From NCBI GenBank assembly GCA_016927595.1, contig JAFGMI010000017.1, positions 537 through 64,536 on the forward strand: a DNA stretch of 64,000 nt, written 5' to 3'. The DNA comes from Melioribacteraceae bacterium. Lineage in GTDB: Bacteria > Bacteroidota > Ignavibacteria > Ignavibacteriales > Melioribacteraceae. Position 1 is the first letter of the stretch. Every line of letters begins with the position of its first letter. The notes below the pieces were generated by a model. It saw nothing but the letters and a program-made list of their open reading frames with translations, did not search any database and was not told the DNA's origin. Positions 28,149 through 36,954 of the stretch are shown piece by piece. Made by a program: the position numbers and the translations under genes.

Positions 28149-28228
28149 GGCGAAATAACGAAGAGGAATATTGCTTCTTGCACTTTCATCTGTAATTATA
28201 TTCATTCAATAAATTTGCTGATTCTGAA

Positions 28229-28870
28229 ATGATAGAACTTAAAAAATACAAACATGTAATCTGGGACTGGAACGGAACCCTTCTCAACGACGTCGAATTA
28301 TGCTGCAGTATTATGAATAATCTGCTTGCTGTTCGTGAAATGAAATTAATAACACTGCAGGAATACAAAGAGGTATTTACCTTTCCGGTAAAAGAGTATT
28401 ATAAAAGAGTGGGACACGATATAAGTGATGAGAATTGGGAAATATTGAGCTACGAATTCATAGATGAATATGAAGAGAGAAAAGGCGAGTGTATGTTGTA
28501 TGAAAATGCAGTTAAAGTGCTTGATAAAATAGAAAAACTCGGTATCAGTCAGTCGGTTCTGTCAGCCTATTCGCAGAATACTCTGGAAGAATTAATAACT
28601 AAATTCGGTTTAAGGAAGTACTTCATAAAACTAGTGGGACTAGATAACATATACGCAGAGAGCAAGCTTGAAAATGGAATCAGGTGGATGAACGAACTTG
28701 GATATAACAAAGGAGAGGTTTTGCTTATTGGCGATACTGTGCACGACTACGAAGTCGCAAATGCGATTGGTGCGGAGAGTCTATTAATTGCAGAAGGGCA
28801 TCAGGCAAATTCAAAACTTATGGAGTGCAGCAGTAATTTGATTGATAGTCTGAATGAACTGTTAATCTGA
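28229..28870 (+). CDS. HAD-superfamily hydrolase (PGP-like)
   Basis: VIWDWNGTLLND motif I variant, and IGDTVHD motif IV. Confidence 0.75.
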   Translation: MIELKKYKHVIWDWNGTLLNDVELCCSIMNNLLAVREMKLITLQEYKEVFTFPVKEYYKRVGHDISDENWEILSYEFIDEYEERKGECMLYENAVKVLDKIEKLGISQSVLSAYSQNTLEELITKFGLRKYFIKLVGLDNIYAESKLENGIRWMNELGYNKGEVLLIGDTVHDYEVANAIGAESLLIAEGHQANSKLMECSSNLIDSLNELLI

Positions 28871-28903
28871 ACTGTTTAATAAAAATTTAATAAAGGGTAT
28901 AAA

Positions 28904-29359
28904 ATGAAATCAGACAGTCAGAAATTTTCCAAGAAAAAAAGCATTGCTCTGGTAGCACATGATCATATGAAAAAAAATTTACTGGAATGGGCTGAATTCA
29001 ACAAAGGGAATTTGGTAAGGCATAGAATATATGCCACGGGCACAACCGGCAAATTACTTGAAGACAGACTTGATATTTACGTTCATAAACTTCAGAGTGG
29101 TCCGCTTGGCGGTGATCAACAAATCGGTGCTAAAATTTCAGAAGGTGAAATAGATGTACTGATATTTTTCTGGGATCCTCTGGCAGCCCAGCCTCACGAT
29201 CCCGATGTTAAAGCCTTATTAAGACTTGCTGTTGTTTGGAATATTCCCATCGCAATGAATCGTGCGTCGGCAGATTTTATTTTTTCATCCGGACTGATGG
29301 ATTCAGAATATGAAAGGCAGATTCCCGATTTTAATCTGTATCTTAACAGGGAATTGTAG
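28904..29359 (+). CDS. mgsA: methylglyoxal synthase
   Basis: [16 protein letters not shown] and [11 protein letters not shown] motifs. 151 aa. Confidence 0.9.
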   Translation: MKSDSQKFSKKKSIALVAHDHMKKNLLEWAEFNKGNLVRHRIYATGTTGKLLEDRLDIYVHKLQSGPLGGDQQIGAKISEGEIDVLIFFWDPLAAQPHDPDVKALLRLAVVWNIPIAMNRASADFIFSSGLMDSEYERQIPDFNLYLNREL

Positions 29360-29427
29360 AGTATTTGTAAAGGTGCTGTTAAAAAATTCCATCTTATTTA
29401 AACTGATCATGAAGCCAAGTTTTTACT

Positions 29428-29435
29428 TATATTTG
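29428..29435 (+). promoter_or_regulatory. TAnnTTTG -7-like box upstream of the POT transporter gene
   Basis: TATATTTG at 29428-29435, 43 nt upstream of the ATG at 29478. Motif match only. Confidence 0.25.
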
Positions 29436-29477
29436 TCGCATTATTTTATTGGACAATAGAATTAACACGGGGTTAAA

Positions 29478-30785
29478 ATGACTCGACGCCACCCTAAAGG
29501 TTTACCGATATTATTTTTCACGGAGATGTGGGAACGTTTCAGCTTTTATGGCATGCGTGCTATTCTCGTACTTTATTTAACCAAAGAGACAATGGGTGAT
29601 AATCCGGGTATGGGCTGGTCTAATGCCGACGCACTTGTTCTGTATGGCTGGTATACAATGCTCGTTTATGTAATGTCGATTCCCGGTGGCATAATTGCCG
29701 ATAAATTACTGGGACAGAAGAAAACAGTATTCCTGGGTGGAATTCTAATTGCAGTCGGACAGTTAACTCTGGCTATAGACAATGTGGTTGCTTTTTATTC
29801 AGGACTGGCGTTCATAATTTCTGGTGTTGGTTGTCTTAAACCAAATATATCCACGATGGTAGGCGGATTGTATAAACAAGGTGACAGCCGACGCGACAGT
29901 GGGTTTACGATTTTTTATATTGGTATAAATATCGGTGCCGCCTCTGCACCGTTGATAGTCGGTTATGTAGGCGAAGTTTATGGATGGCACTACGGATTCG
30001 GACTTGCCGGAATAGGTATGCTCTTGGGGCAGGCTGTTTATATATGGGGTCAGAAATTTTTAAAAGAAGTTGGCAACTTTGTATCGGTACAACATATTGA
30101 AGGGACAAAGAAAAGTATTCCTTTAACCGGAAAAGAAAAGGATAGAGTAATTGTTTTATTAATTTCCTTCCTTATCGTAATCGTTTTCTGGGCAGCTTAT
30201 GAACAAGCCGGCGGTTTGATGAACATTTATACGAAAGAAAAAATTGACAGGGTAATACTAGGTTGGGAAATACCAGCCAGTCTCTTTCAATCTGTACCGG
30301 CTTTGTTCGTTATAATTTTCGGAACAACGGTTGCTGCATATTGGGCAAAGCGAAATAAAAAGAATAAAGAATCTTCATCATTGTTTAAAATGGCAATCGG
30401 AACAATAATAATGGGCACGGGTTTTCTGCTAATGTCGGGAGCCGCACTGGAAGCCGAAGATGGCGGCAAAGCCATGCTGGCATGGTTAATTTTTTCTTAC
30501 CTGCTGCAGGTAATCGGCGAACTCTCAATTTCGCCAGTTGCGCTCTCATTCATTACAAAACTTGCACCGTTAAAATATGCATCAATTATGATGGGTGTAT
30601 ACTTCGCTGCAACAGGTCTTGGAAACAAAGTTGCAGGACTTGTGGGCGAACTTGCTACTAACGCAGGTGAGCTGGAAGTATTTACAGGAATATTTATTTT
30701 CTGCCTGGCGTTCGGATTCCTGCTACTTGTTTTCTTCAGAAAGTTGAAAGCACTTACACATGGTGCAGAAGAAATTAAAGAATAA
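29478..30785 (+). CDS. POT/PTR2 family di-/tripeptide:proton symporter
   Basis: N-terminal FFTEMWERFSFYGMRAILVLY signature and a polytopic profile. At 435 aa it is on the short side for the family. Confidence 0.85.
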   Translation: MTRRHPKGLPILFFTEMWERFSFYGMRAILVLYLTKETMGDNPGMGWSNADALVLYGWYTMLVYVMSIPGGIIADKLLGQKKTVFLGGILIAVGQLTLAIDNVVAFYSGLAFIISGVGCLKPNISTMVGGLYKQGDSRRDSGFTIFYIGINIGAASAPLIVGYVGEVYGWHYGFGLAGIGMLLGQAVYIWGQKFLKEVGNFVSVQHIEGTKKSIPLTGKEKDRVIVLLISFLIVIVFWAAYEQAGGLMNIYTKEKIDRVILGWEIPASLFQSVPALFVIIFGTTVAAYWAKRNKKNKESSSLFKMAIGTIIMGTGFLLMSGAALEAEDGGKAMLAWLIFSYLLQVIGELSISPVALSFITKLAPLKYASIMMGVYFAATGLGNKVAGLVGELATNAGELEVFTGIFIFCLAFGFLLLVFFRKLKALTHGAEEIKE

Positions 30786-30817
30786 ATTAACGACGCGTTA
30801 CAGCATCCTTAATATTC

Positions 30818-31096
30818 TCAGCTCATTAAAGCATCAAATTCTTCAGCGGTAAAAGCCTCGGAAGTCGAGAAAGAAATATCGGTTGCTTTAGTTAGTGCGA
30901 TCGAAGCCTTCATTGCATGCTGCATATCCGGAAATTCGGCAACAACATGAATATCGTATTCGCCTAGCAGAATATAAATTGATTGAAGTTTGCCGCCGTG
31001 TTCTTCAATAATGTCTTCAGCTTGTTTGGTTCGCTTGCTGGATATGTTCTCAATTGCTTCAGCAGAGTATGTTCCCAGCATAACAAAAGTTGCCAT
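30818..31096 (-). CDS. GYD domain protein
   Basis: MATFVMLGTYSAEA...HGGKLQSIYILLGEYD..VVAEFPD is GYD-family architecture (~92 aa). The ATG at 31096 is preceded by GAGGT. The longer track ORF (to 31189) adds a non-homologous extension. Confidence 0.75.
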   Translation of the reverse strand: MATFVMLGTYSAEAIENISSKRTKQAEDIIEEHGGKLQSIYILLGEYDIHVVAEFPDMQHAMKASIALTKATDISFSTSEAFTAEEFDALMS

Positions 31097-31185
31097 GTGG
31101 ACCTCGCTATTAAATAACACATTAATTAATTCAGCATTTGAGTGTAAACTAATTATAAGGCTTTTTGCATTAACTAGCAACGGGA

Positions 31186-33531
31186 TCATATTTTTAATGT
31201 TAATCTTAGATTGAAGAATCTTTCGCTTAGCACGCGGGGAATTTTGATTGGTGTATTATATTCTTTAAACACCTGAATCCAATCGTACCCGCTGTAGTTT
31301 AGATGATTGAATACGTTTAATACTTCTGCAACCCCCAGCAATTCAATTCCGTCAGTCAATTCGAACTCTGCAGAAAGTCCCATATCAACTCTGAAAAAGA
31401 GAAAGTACTCGGCAGGCTTATAGATATTTACAGCTATTAATTTGTTGCCGGTATTTTCATCTTCCACTGTTTCACGTTGATAATACAGCAAACCGCTTCC
31501 CAGTAAAAACCTGACATGCGACTGCCAGTTGGCACTTTTTTTAAATTTATCCTGAAGAAACAGGTTTAACGTATGAGTCTGATCTGTTAATCTGCGCTGG
31601 TATTTCTTTGTGCCTTTATCTCTTTCCCAGGTATCAAGGTAACCGTAACTGAATATACTTCTAATCCCTCTTACTATCTCACCATCAAGCTGCAAATCCG
31701 CACCATAAGCGTATCCCTCTCTTACGTTGCCTTCCACGTAAATCATTTTAAGATCTTCATGATAGAAAGGTATCAGATTACGGAGATCTTTATAATATGC
31801 TTCTATTGAAAATTTCAGGTTCGGTTTCAATATTCTTTCCCACCCGAGTACATATTGTATAGACCTTTGAGATTTAAGGTTGTCAAGCCCGGGATTTCTG
31901 AGCTCATTAATATAGGGAGGCTGGTAATAGTGACCGTATTTTATTGAAAATGTGTTCACAGGGGACTGGATATATGAAATGTTTATTCTCGGCGAGAAAA
32001 AATGCTCGTTCGAGTAATTGTAATTGGTAAAGCGGAGTCCTGCGTTGACAATGATATTGTTTCCAAGAATATATCTGATGTTTGCATACGACGAGAAGTT
32101 GTTCAGATTAATACTGAATTTTTCGAGTCTGTTGATAGGAATTTGCAGCAGAGTTTCCTCGCCGGTTTCTAATAGTTTCTCATTAATTTCATTTTGAAAG
32201 TGTTCGAACCTGTATTCTAATCCGGCAGACAACCTATACCTGGAATTAATATGCTCGAATTCACCTTTAATGCGCAGCGAATTCAAGTTGATTTCGTTTT
32301 CTGCAAATTCGTGTCGCCATTTCCTGAAACTGCTATCATCATCAGATTCTGCATTCCCATTGTAGTATATTTTGCCGGTTAAATCTCTGTCTTCTTGTTC
32401 ACCTGTCGAATAATTCGAAAAACTGAATGCAGAGCATAAATCATCACTTAAATTGAACTTCAATCTTCCGGCGATCAGTATGGTATTGAAATTATAACTA
32501 TTTGTTCCATCATAGTCTATTTTAAGTTCTCTGTAATCACCACGACTGAATCCGCCGAAATGACCTGTCCATGACTGCGGTTTCAACGTGAAATCGTTTC
32601 GCGAATATATACCCAGTATATTAAAGACTGCTGATTTCGAAAACGTATATGATGCATTTATCTGAAAGTCGGAGTAAGAAGGGTGGTAATCGCCACGTGT
32701 CTGAAGAGCATCGGTAAACAACGACGGATATGCATACCTGACTGAAGCATCGACTTTGAACTTTCGTACAGTATGAATTAATGAACCGCCCAGATTAAGT
32801 AAATCTGCTCTTAATTTAATTATAGTAGTGTCGATTTCCGGCAGTCCGTACACAGTAAATAGTGCCGACGACATTTTATCACCGTAATTAACCGGAAATG
32901 CGCCATTCATAAAATTTATTTCTGTTATCAGATCCGGACTGATTAAAGTCTGGTTTTCTTCGATTCCCTGTCTTAGTAGAAACGGGCGATAGATTTCAAA
33001 TCCGTTTATGTATATCAGGTTTTCGTCGAAACTTCCTCCTCGTACATTATATCCACTGCTCAGTTCATTGTTAGTAACCACCCCCGAAAGTACCTGAACC
33101 GAACGCATCGGGTCATTGAAAAGGTTGGGCATAAACTCAATTTCTTTTGATTTCAGATTCTGAATTTCGGTCGATGGAATGTTCAGCTTTCCTTCTACTT
33201 TAACTTCACTTTCAAATATTGCTTCAGAATTCAAGCTTACATCGATACTCAGCGGATCGGACCGTTCACTTAACTGAATAATTCTTCTCTCCGAATCATA
33301 TCCGATATAGCTGAATTTAATTGTGTAAATGCCATATGGTACATTTATTCGGAAGATTCCGAATTCATCGGTAGCTGCCCCGTAGCCCTGACCTTCGATT
33401 ACCACGTTCGCCCCGATAAGTGGTTGCCTGGTCATGGCATCGATTACATGGCCCGTGATCAGACCTTTTTGAGCGAATAGAATACATGGAAATAAAAAAA
33501 ACAGGAGATACTTCTGGATAGTATGCTTCAT
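31186..33531 (-). CDS. TonB-dependent receptor with N-terminal carboxypeptidase-regulatory-like domain
   Basis: Signal peptide, then G.V.D..T..PL.GANV (CarbopepD_reg-like), a plug-like segment (NVRGGSFDENLIYINGFEIY...), and a long beta-barrel. Confidence 0.8.
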   Translation of the reverse strand: MKHTIQKYLLFFLFPCILFAQKGLITGHVIDAMTRQPLIGANVVIEGQGYGAATDEFGIFRINVPYGIYTIKFSYIGYDSERRIIQLSERSDPLSIDVSLNSEAIFESEVKVEGKLNIPSTEIQNLKSKEIEFMPNLFNDPMRSVQVLSGVVTNNELSSGYNVRGGSFDENLIYINGFEIYRPFLLRQGIEENQTLISPDLITEINFMNGAFPVNYGDKMSSALFTVYGLPEIDTTIIKLRADLLNLGGSLIHTVRKFKVDASVRYAYPSLFTDALQTRGDYHPSYSDFQINASYTFSKSAVFNILGIYSRNDFTLKPQSWTGHFGGFSRGDYRELKIDYDGTNSYNFNTILIAGRLKFNLSDDLCSAFSFSNYSTGEQEDRDLTGKIYYNGNAESDDDSSFRKWRHEFAENEINLNSLRIKGEFEHINSRYRLSAGLEYRFEHFQNEINEKLLETGEETLLQIPINRLEKFSINLNNFSSYANIRYILGNNIIVNAGLRFTNYNYSNEHFFSPRINISYIQSPVNTFSIKYGHYYQPPYINELRNPGLDNLKSQRSIQYVLGWERILKPNLKFSIEAYYKDLRNLIPFYHEDLKMIYVEGNVREGYAYGADLQLDGEIVRGIRSIFSYGYLDTWERDKGTKKYQRRLTDQTHTLNLFLQDKFKKSANWQSHVRFLLGSGLLYYQRETVEDENTGNKLIAVNIYKPAEYFLFFRVDMGLSAEFELTDGIELLGVAEVLNVFNHLNYSGYDWIQVFKEYNTPIKIPRVLSERFFNLRLTLKI

Positions 33532-33664
33532 TACTTTTCCGATTAATTAGAGGTAGTATAAAGTGTTATAATCCTCCGTTAATTTGTTTAAAAGTAATGC
33601 TTGCAGAAATTCATTGCAATGTCATAATTGAGGACTCTTCCGATCGAACATTGCGGTGAATGAA

Positions 33665-35083
33665 TTACTTCCTCTTCGGTCTGAACAGGTGCGGGCTTGA
33701 TCCCAATGCCAGTTCAGCTGATTCCATCACTGTTTCAGATAATGTTGGATGTGGATGGATAGTCTTTGCAACATCCTCTGCAAGTGCAGCCATTTCAACA
33801 GCAAGTGTACCTTCGGCGATGAGTTCTCCGGCACCTGCACCTACCACACCCATACCGAGAACGCGATTTGTCTCGGGATCGACAATTAATTTTGTTAAAC
33901 CGTCTGTTCTGTCGATAGTAACCGCCCGGCTCCCAGCAGTCCACGGGAAACGTGTAACTTCAACATTAATCCCTTTCTCTTTTGCTTCTGTCTCGGATAA
34001 ACCTGTCCACGCTAATTCAGGATCGGTAAATACAACTGCCGGAATAGCGTTCGGTTCGAATGCGACTTTGTGTCCTGCAATTGCTTCCACAGCAACCTTG
34101 CCTTCAGCAGAAGCTTTATGTGCGAGCATAGCCCCGCCAACTATATCACCTATCGCATAAATTGACTGATCATCTGTCTGACACTTATCATCAACTGAAA
34201 CAAATCCTTTTTCATTCACAACTACTTTCGTGTTTTCCAATCCCAATCCTTTTGTGACAGGCTTTCTACCAACAGATACAAGTACTCTATCGAATTCCTG
34301 TTCATTATCGCTTATGCCTTCGCCTTCAAATTTTACTTTTAGTTTTTTACCTGATTCAGTTACACTTATAACTTTGGTGCTGACCAATATCTTTTCAAAA
34401 GAATTCTCGAGAGATTTCTGAAGGACACGTACCATGTCCCTGTCGGCGCCCGGTAATATACCAGGCATCATTTCAACTACCGAAACCTTACTACCGAGTG
34501 CGGAATAAACTGATCCGAGTTCCAGACCAATATAACCTCCGCCGATGACGAGCAGTTTTTCAGGGATCGTTTCAAGTGCAAGTGCGCCTGTTGAATCCCA
34601 AACTTTGCCTGATTCATAAGGAAGTCCCGGAATTCTTGCAGGTTCTGAGCCGGTAGCGAGTATCGCATGTTCAAAATTTATCTCTTCAGTACCACCTTCG
34701 ACTAAATCAACTTTTACTGTGCTGGAATTAACGAACGCAGCTGTTCCGCGTAAATAATTAATTTTTCTCATTTTACTTAACTGAGCCGTACCACCTGTCA
34801 GTTTATTTACTACGCTGTCTTTATATTCACGCAGTTTATCAAGGTCAATTTTTGGTTTGCCGAAGGTAACACCCCAATGTTCAGCTTCTCTTGTTTCTCT
34901 AATCAGTTTTGCAACGTGCAATAAAGCCTTTGATGGAATACAACCGATATGCAGACATACTCCGCCCGGATTTGCATTTCTATCAATTAACGTAACCTGC
35001 ATTCCCCTATCAGCCGCAACGAATGCTGCAACATAACCACCTGGACCACCACCGATAACAGCTAATTGTGTTTTAGTCGACAT
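33665..35083 (-). CDS. lpdA: dihydrolipoyl dehydrogenase (E3)
   Basis: GGGPGGYVAA FAD site, the redox disulfide GGVCLHIGCIPSK, and the C-terminal HPHPTLSE dimerisation motif. Confidence 0.95.
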   Translation of the reverse strand: MSTKTQLAVIGGGPGGYVAAFVAADRGMQVTLIDRNANPGGVCLHIGCIPSKALLHVAKLIRETREAEHWGVTFGKPKIDLDKLREYKDSVVNKLTGGTAQLSKMRKINYLRGTAAFVNSSTVKVDLVEGGTEEINFEHAILATGSEPARIPGLPYESGKVWDSTGALALETIPEKLLVIGGGYIGLELGSVYSALGSKVSVVEMMPGILPGADRDMVRVLQKSLENSFEKILVSTKVISVTESGKKLKVKFEGEGISDNEQEFDRVLVSVGRKPVTKGLGLENTKVVVNEKGFVSVDDKCQTDDQSIYAIGDIVGGAMLAHKASAEGKVAVEAIAGHKVAFEPNAIPAVVFTDPELAWTGLSETEAKEKGINVEVTRFPWTAGSRAVTIDRTDGLTKLIVDPETNRVLGMGVVGAGAGELIAEGTLAVEMAALAEDVAKTIHPHPTLSETVMESAELALGSSPHLFRPKRK

Positions 35084-35130
35084 TTTTTCTCCAATATTAT
35101 ATTTCTTTAACCAATTTTTGTGATTATTAA

Positions 35131-35250
35131 GAGACCATGAATAGGACCATGATCAGGGATTATATTCTGTCTTTGTCATGATCCTGCTCTTTGTCCTGAT
35201 CAAGCATCCGTATATTACAGAGACTATGATCAAGATCAAGATTACGATCA
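35131..35250. repeat. cluster of short (C/T)NTGATCA(A/G)G-type repeats with six GATC sites in ~100 bp
   Basis: GATC occurs at 35151, 35180, 35198, 35228, 35234 and 35246. There are direct repeats GACCATGA/GACCATGATCA, CTTTGTCATGATC/CTTTGTCCTGATC and GATCAAGATCAAG. All lie in the aceF-lpd spacer. Confidence 0.7.
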
Positions 35251-35260
35251 GGTTTTAATG

Positions 35261-36937
35261 TTATCCCTCAAGGCTTAGTAAAAACGGATTCTCTAATGCC
35301 TTGCATACCCATCGGATAAATCTTGCGGCATCAGCACCGTCAATAATCCTATGATCATAAGACAATGACAGTGGGAGTATCATCCGAGGAATAAACTGCC
35401 CATCCTTATAAACCTGTTCGTAGGAGCCTCTCGATACACCCAGGATTGCTACTTCGGGCGAATTTACAATCGGCGTGAAATAAGTGCCGCCGATTCCACC
35501 CAGATTGCTTATCGAGAAATTACCGCCCTGCATATCCTCGATGGTTAATTTTTTATCTCTTGCTTTCACTGAAATTTCACTCAACTCAACTGAAAGCTGA
35601 ATTATATTCTTTTTATCTACATCACGAACCACAGGAACCAGCAAACCTCTGTCTGTATCGACAGCAATGCCTATGTTGTAATATTTTTTGTAGATAATTT
35701 CTTTCTTATCCATATCGATGCTGGAATTGAACTGCGGAAAAACTTTTAATGCAGAGGCAAGAATTTTAAGAAGTATAGCTGTAACAGTCAACTTGCCTCC
35801 TGCAGCTTCAACTTGTTTGGAATATTGCTTCCTGAGTTTTTCGAGTTCGGTAATATCTGCTTTATCAAATTGAGTTACATGCGGAATGGTAGACCATGCA
35901 TAACTTAAATGTTCAGCAGTCTTACGTCTGATGTTTGTCATCTGTTTGATTTCAACTTCACCGTACTTTGAAAAGTCAGGCAGAGATTCTTTGTTTATAC
36001 CGATTGGAACTCCTGCCGAAGCGGCTTGGGATATTTTCTGATTAAGATTTTTTGAAAATGCTTTAACGTCGTCAACAGAAATTCTTCCACCCGGACCAGT
36101 TCCCGAAACCTGGTGAATATCAATTCCGATTTCGCGGGCAAATCTTCTTACACTTGGTGCGGCAGGTGCAGTTTTACCGCTAAGATCAGCTCGTGATATT
36201 CTTTTCTTCTCACTTGTACCTTCGTTTTCCTTTAATGTTCTTGCAAGTTCTTTTCTCGCCTGTTCACTAATTTGCTGTTTCGGCTGAGTCGGAGCTTCTT
36301 TCTTCGGTTCGGGAATTACTATTCCAGGAGCATCAAAAATTATAATTACTTCACCAACGTTCGCAGTATCACCATCCTTTATTTTAACTTCTTTGACTGT
36401 TCCGTCAACTTCGCTGGGGACTTCAACGGTTGCTTTATCCGTCTCAATTTCAATTAGCACATCGTCCTTCTTTACCTTTTCACCTTTTTTTACAAGAACC
36501 TTTGTTATTTGCGCGGTTGTAATATTTTCGCCTAGTTCGGGCAGTTTAAATTCATAAGTTGAAGTTGTAATACTTTCTTTTGCAGAAGGTTTTACGGGTT
36601 CTGTTTTTACTACCTTCTCAACTTTCTCGGTTTTTTTTTCAGGTTCCTTTAGTTCAGCTTCAGGTTCCTTTTTTTCGGCTGGTTTCTTCTCATCCGAAAT
36701 ATCCTGCTCCAGAGTGAATATTACGTCACCTACGTTAGCTTTTGACCCTTCTTTAACCATCACTTCCTTAACAGTCCCTGATATTTCCGATGGAACCTCT
36801 ACGTTTGCTTTATCCGTTTCAATTTCAACCACTGCCTGATCGATCTCAACTTTATCGCCCGGTTTAATAAGGACCTTTACAATATCGGCTGTCGTAATAT
36901 TTTCGCCAAGTTCTGGTAATTTAAATTCATTTGCCAT
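35261..36937 (-). CDS. aceF: dihydrolipoamide acetyltransferase (E2) with two lipoyl domains
   Basis: Two copies of ...IETDKA.VEVPSE..GTVKEV lipoyl-Lys motifs, a PSBD (SVRRFAREIGIDI), and a catalytic domain ending in DHR.IDGA. Confidence 0.9.
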   Translation of the reverse strand: MANEFKLPELGENITTADIVKVLIKPGDKVEIDQAVVEIETDKANVEVPSEISGTVKEVMVKEGSKANVGDVIFTLEQDISDEKKPAEKKEPEAELKEPEKKTEKVEKVVKTEPVKPSAKESITTSTYEFKLPELGENITTAQITKVLVKKGEKVKKDDVLIEIETDKATVEVPSEVDGTVKEVKIKDGDTANVGEVIIIFDAPGIVIPEPKKEAPTQPKQQISEQARKELARTLKENEGTSEKKRISRADLSGKTAPAAPSVRRFAREIGIDIHQVSGTGPGGRISVDDVKAFSKNLNQKISQAASAGVPIGINKESLPDFSKYGEVEIKQMTNIRRKTAEHLSYAWSTIPHVTQFDKADITELEKLRKQYSKQVEAAGGKLTVTAILLKILASALKVFPQFNSSIDMDKKEIIYKKYYNIGIAVDTDRGLLVPVVRDVDKKNIIQLSVELSEISVKARDKKLTIEDMQGGNFSISNLGGIGGTYFTPIVNSPEVAILGVSRGSYEQVYKDGQFIPRMILPLSLSYDHRIIDGADAARFIRWVCKALENPFLLSLEG

Positions 36938-36954
36938 TACTAACTCAAACTTTT

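Noticed and set aside
31097-31189. Longer GYD-protein start at 31189 that would overlap the TonB-dependent receptor stop (ATGA-type coupling)
   Set aside because: The 31-residue extension (MIPLLVNAKSLIISLHSNAELINVLFNSEVH) has no GYD-family counterpart. The ATG at 31096 has a GAGGT site at the correct distance, so coupling to the receptor gene is not supported.
33660-34160. 166-aa plus-strand ORF rich in Ala/Ser/Thr/Pro
   Set aside because: It lies entirely antisense to the well-supported lpd gene. Its low-complexity composition is typical of a shadow frame of a GC-richer conserved gene, and it has no start context.
35160-35207. 15-codon minus-strand mini-ORF MLDQDKEQDHDKDRI in the aceF-lpd spacer
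   Set aside because: It is too short, lacks an RBS, and is probably a by-product of the GATC-containing repeats. A leader-peptide role cannot be argued from the sequence alone.
36590-36700. Repeated TCAGGTTCCTT / T-runs that look like a tandem DNA repeat
   Set aside because: This is the reverse complement of the Lys/Glu/Pro-rich inter-domain linker of E2 (…KKEPEAELKEPEKK…). It is normal low-complexity coding sequence, not a repeat element.
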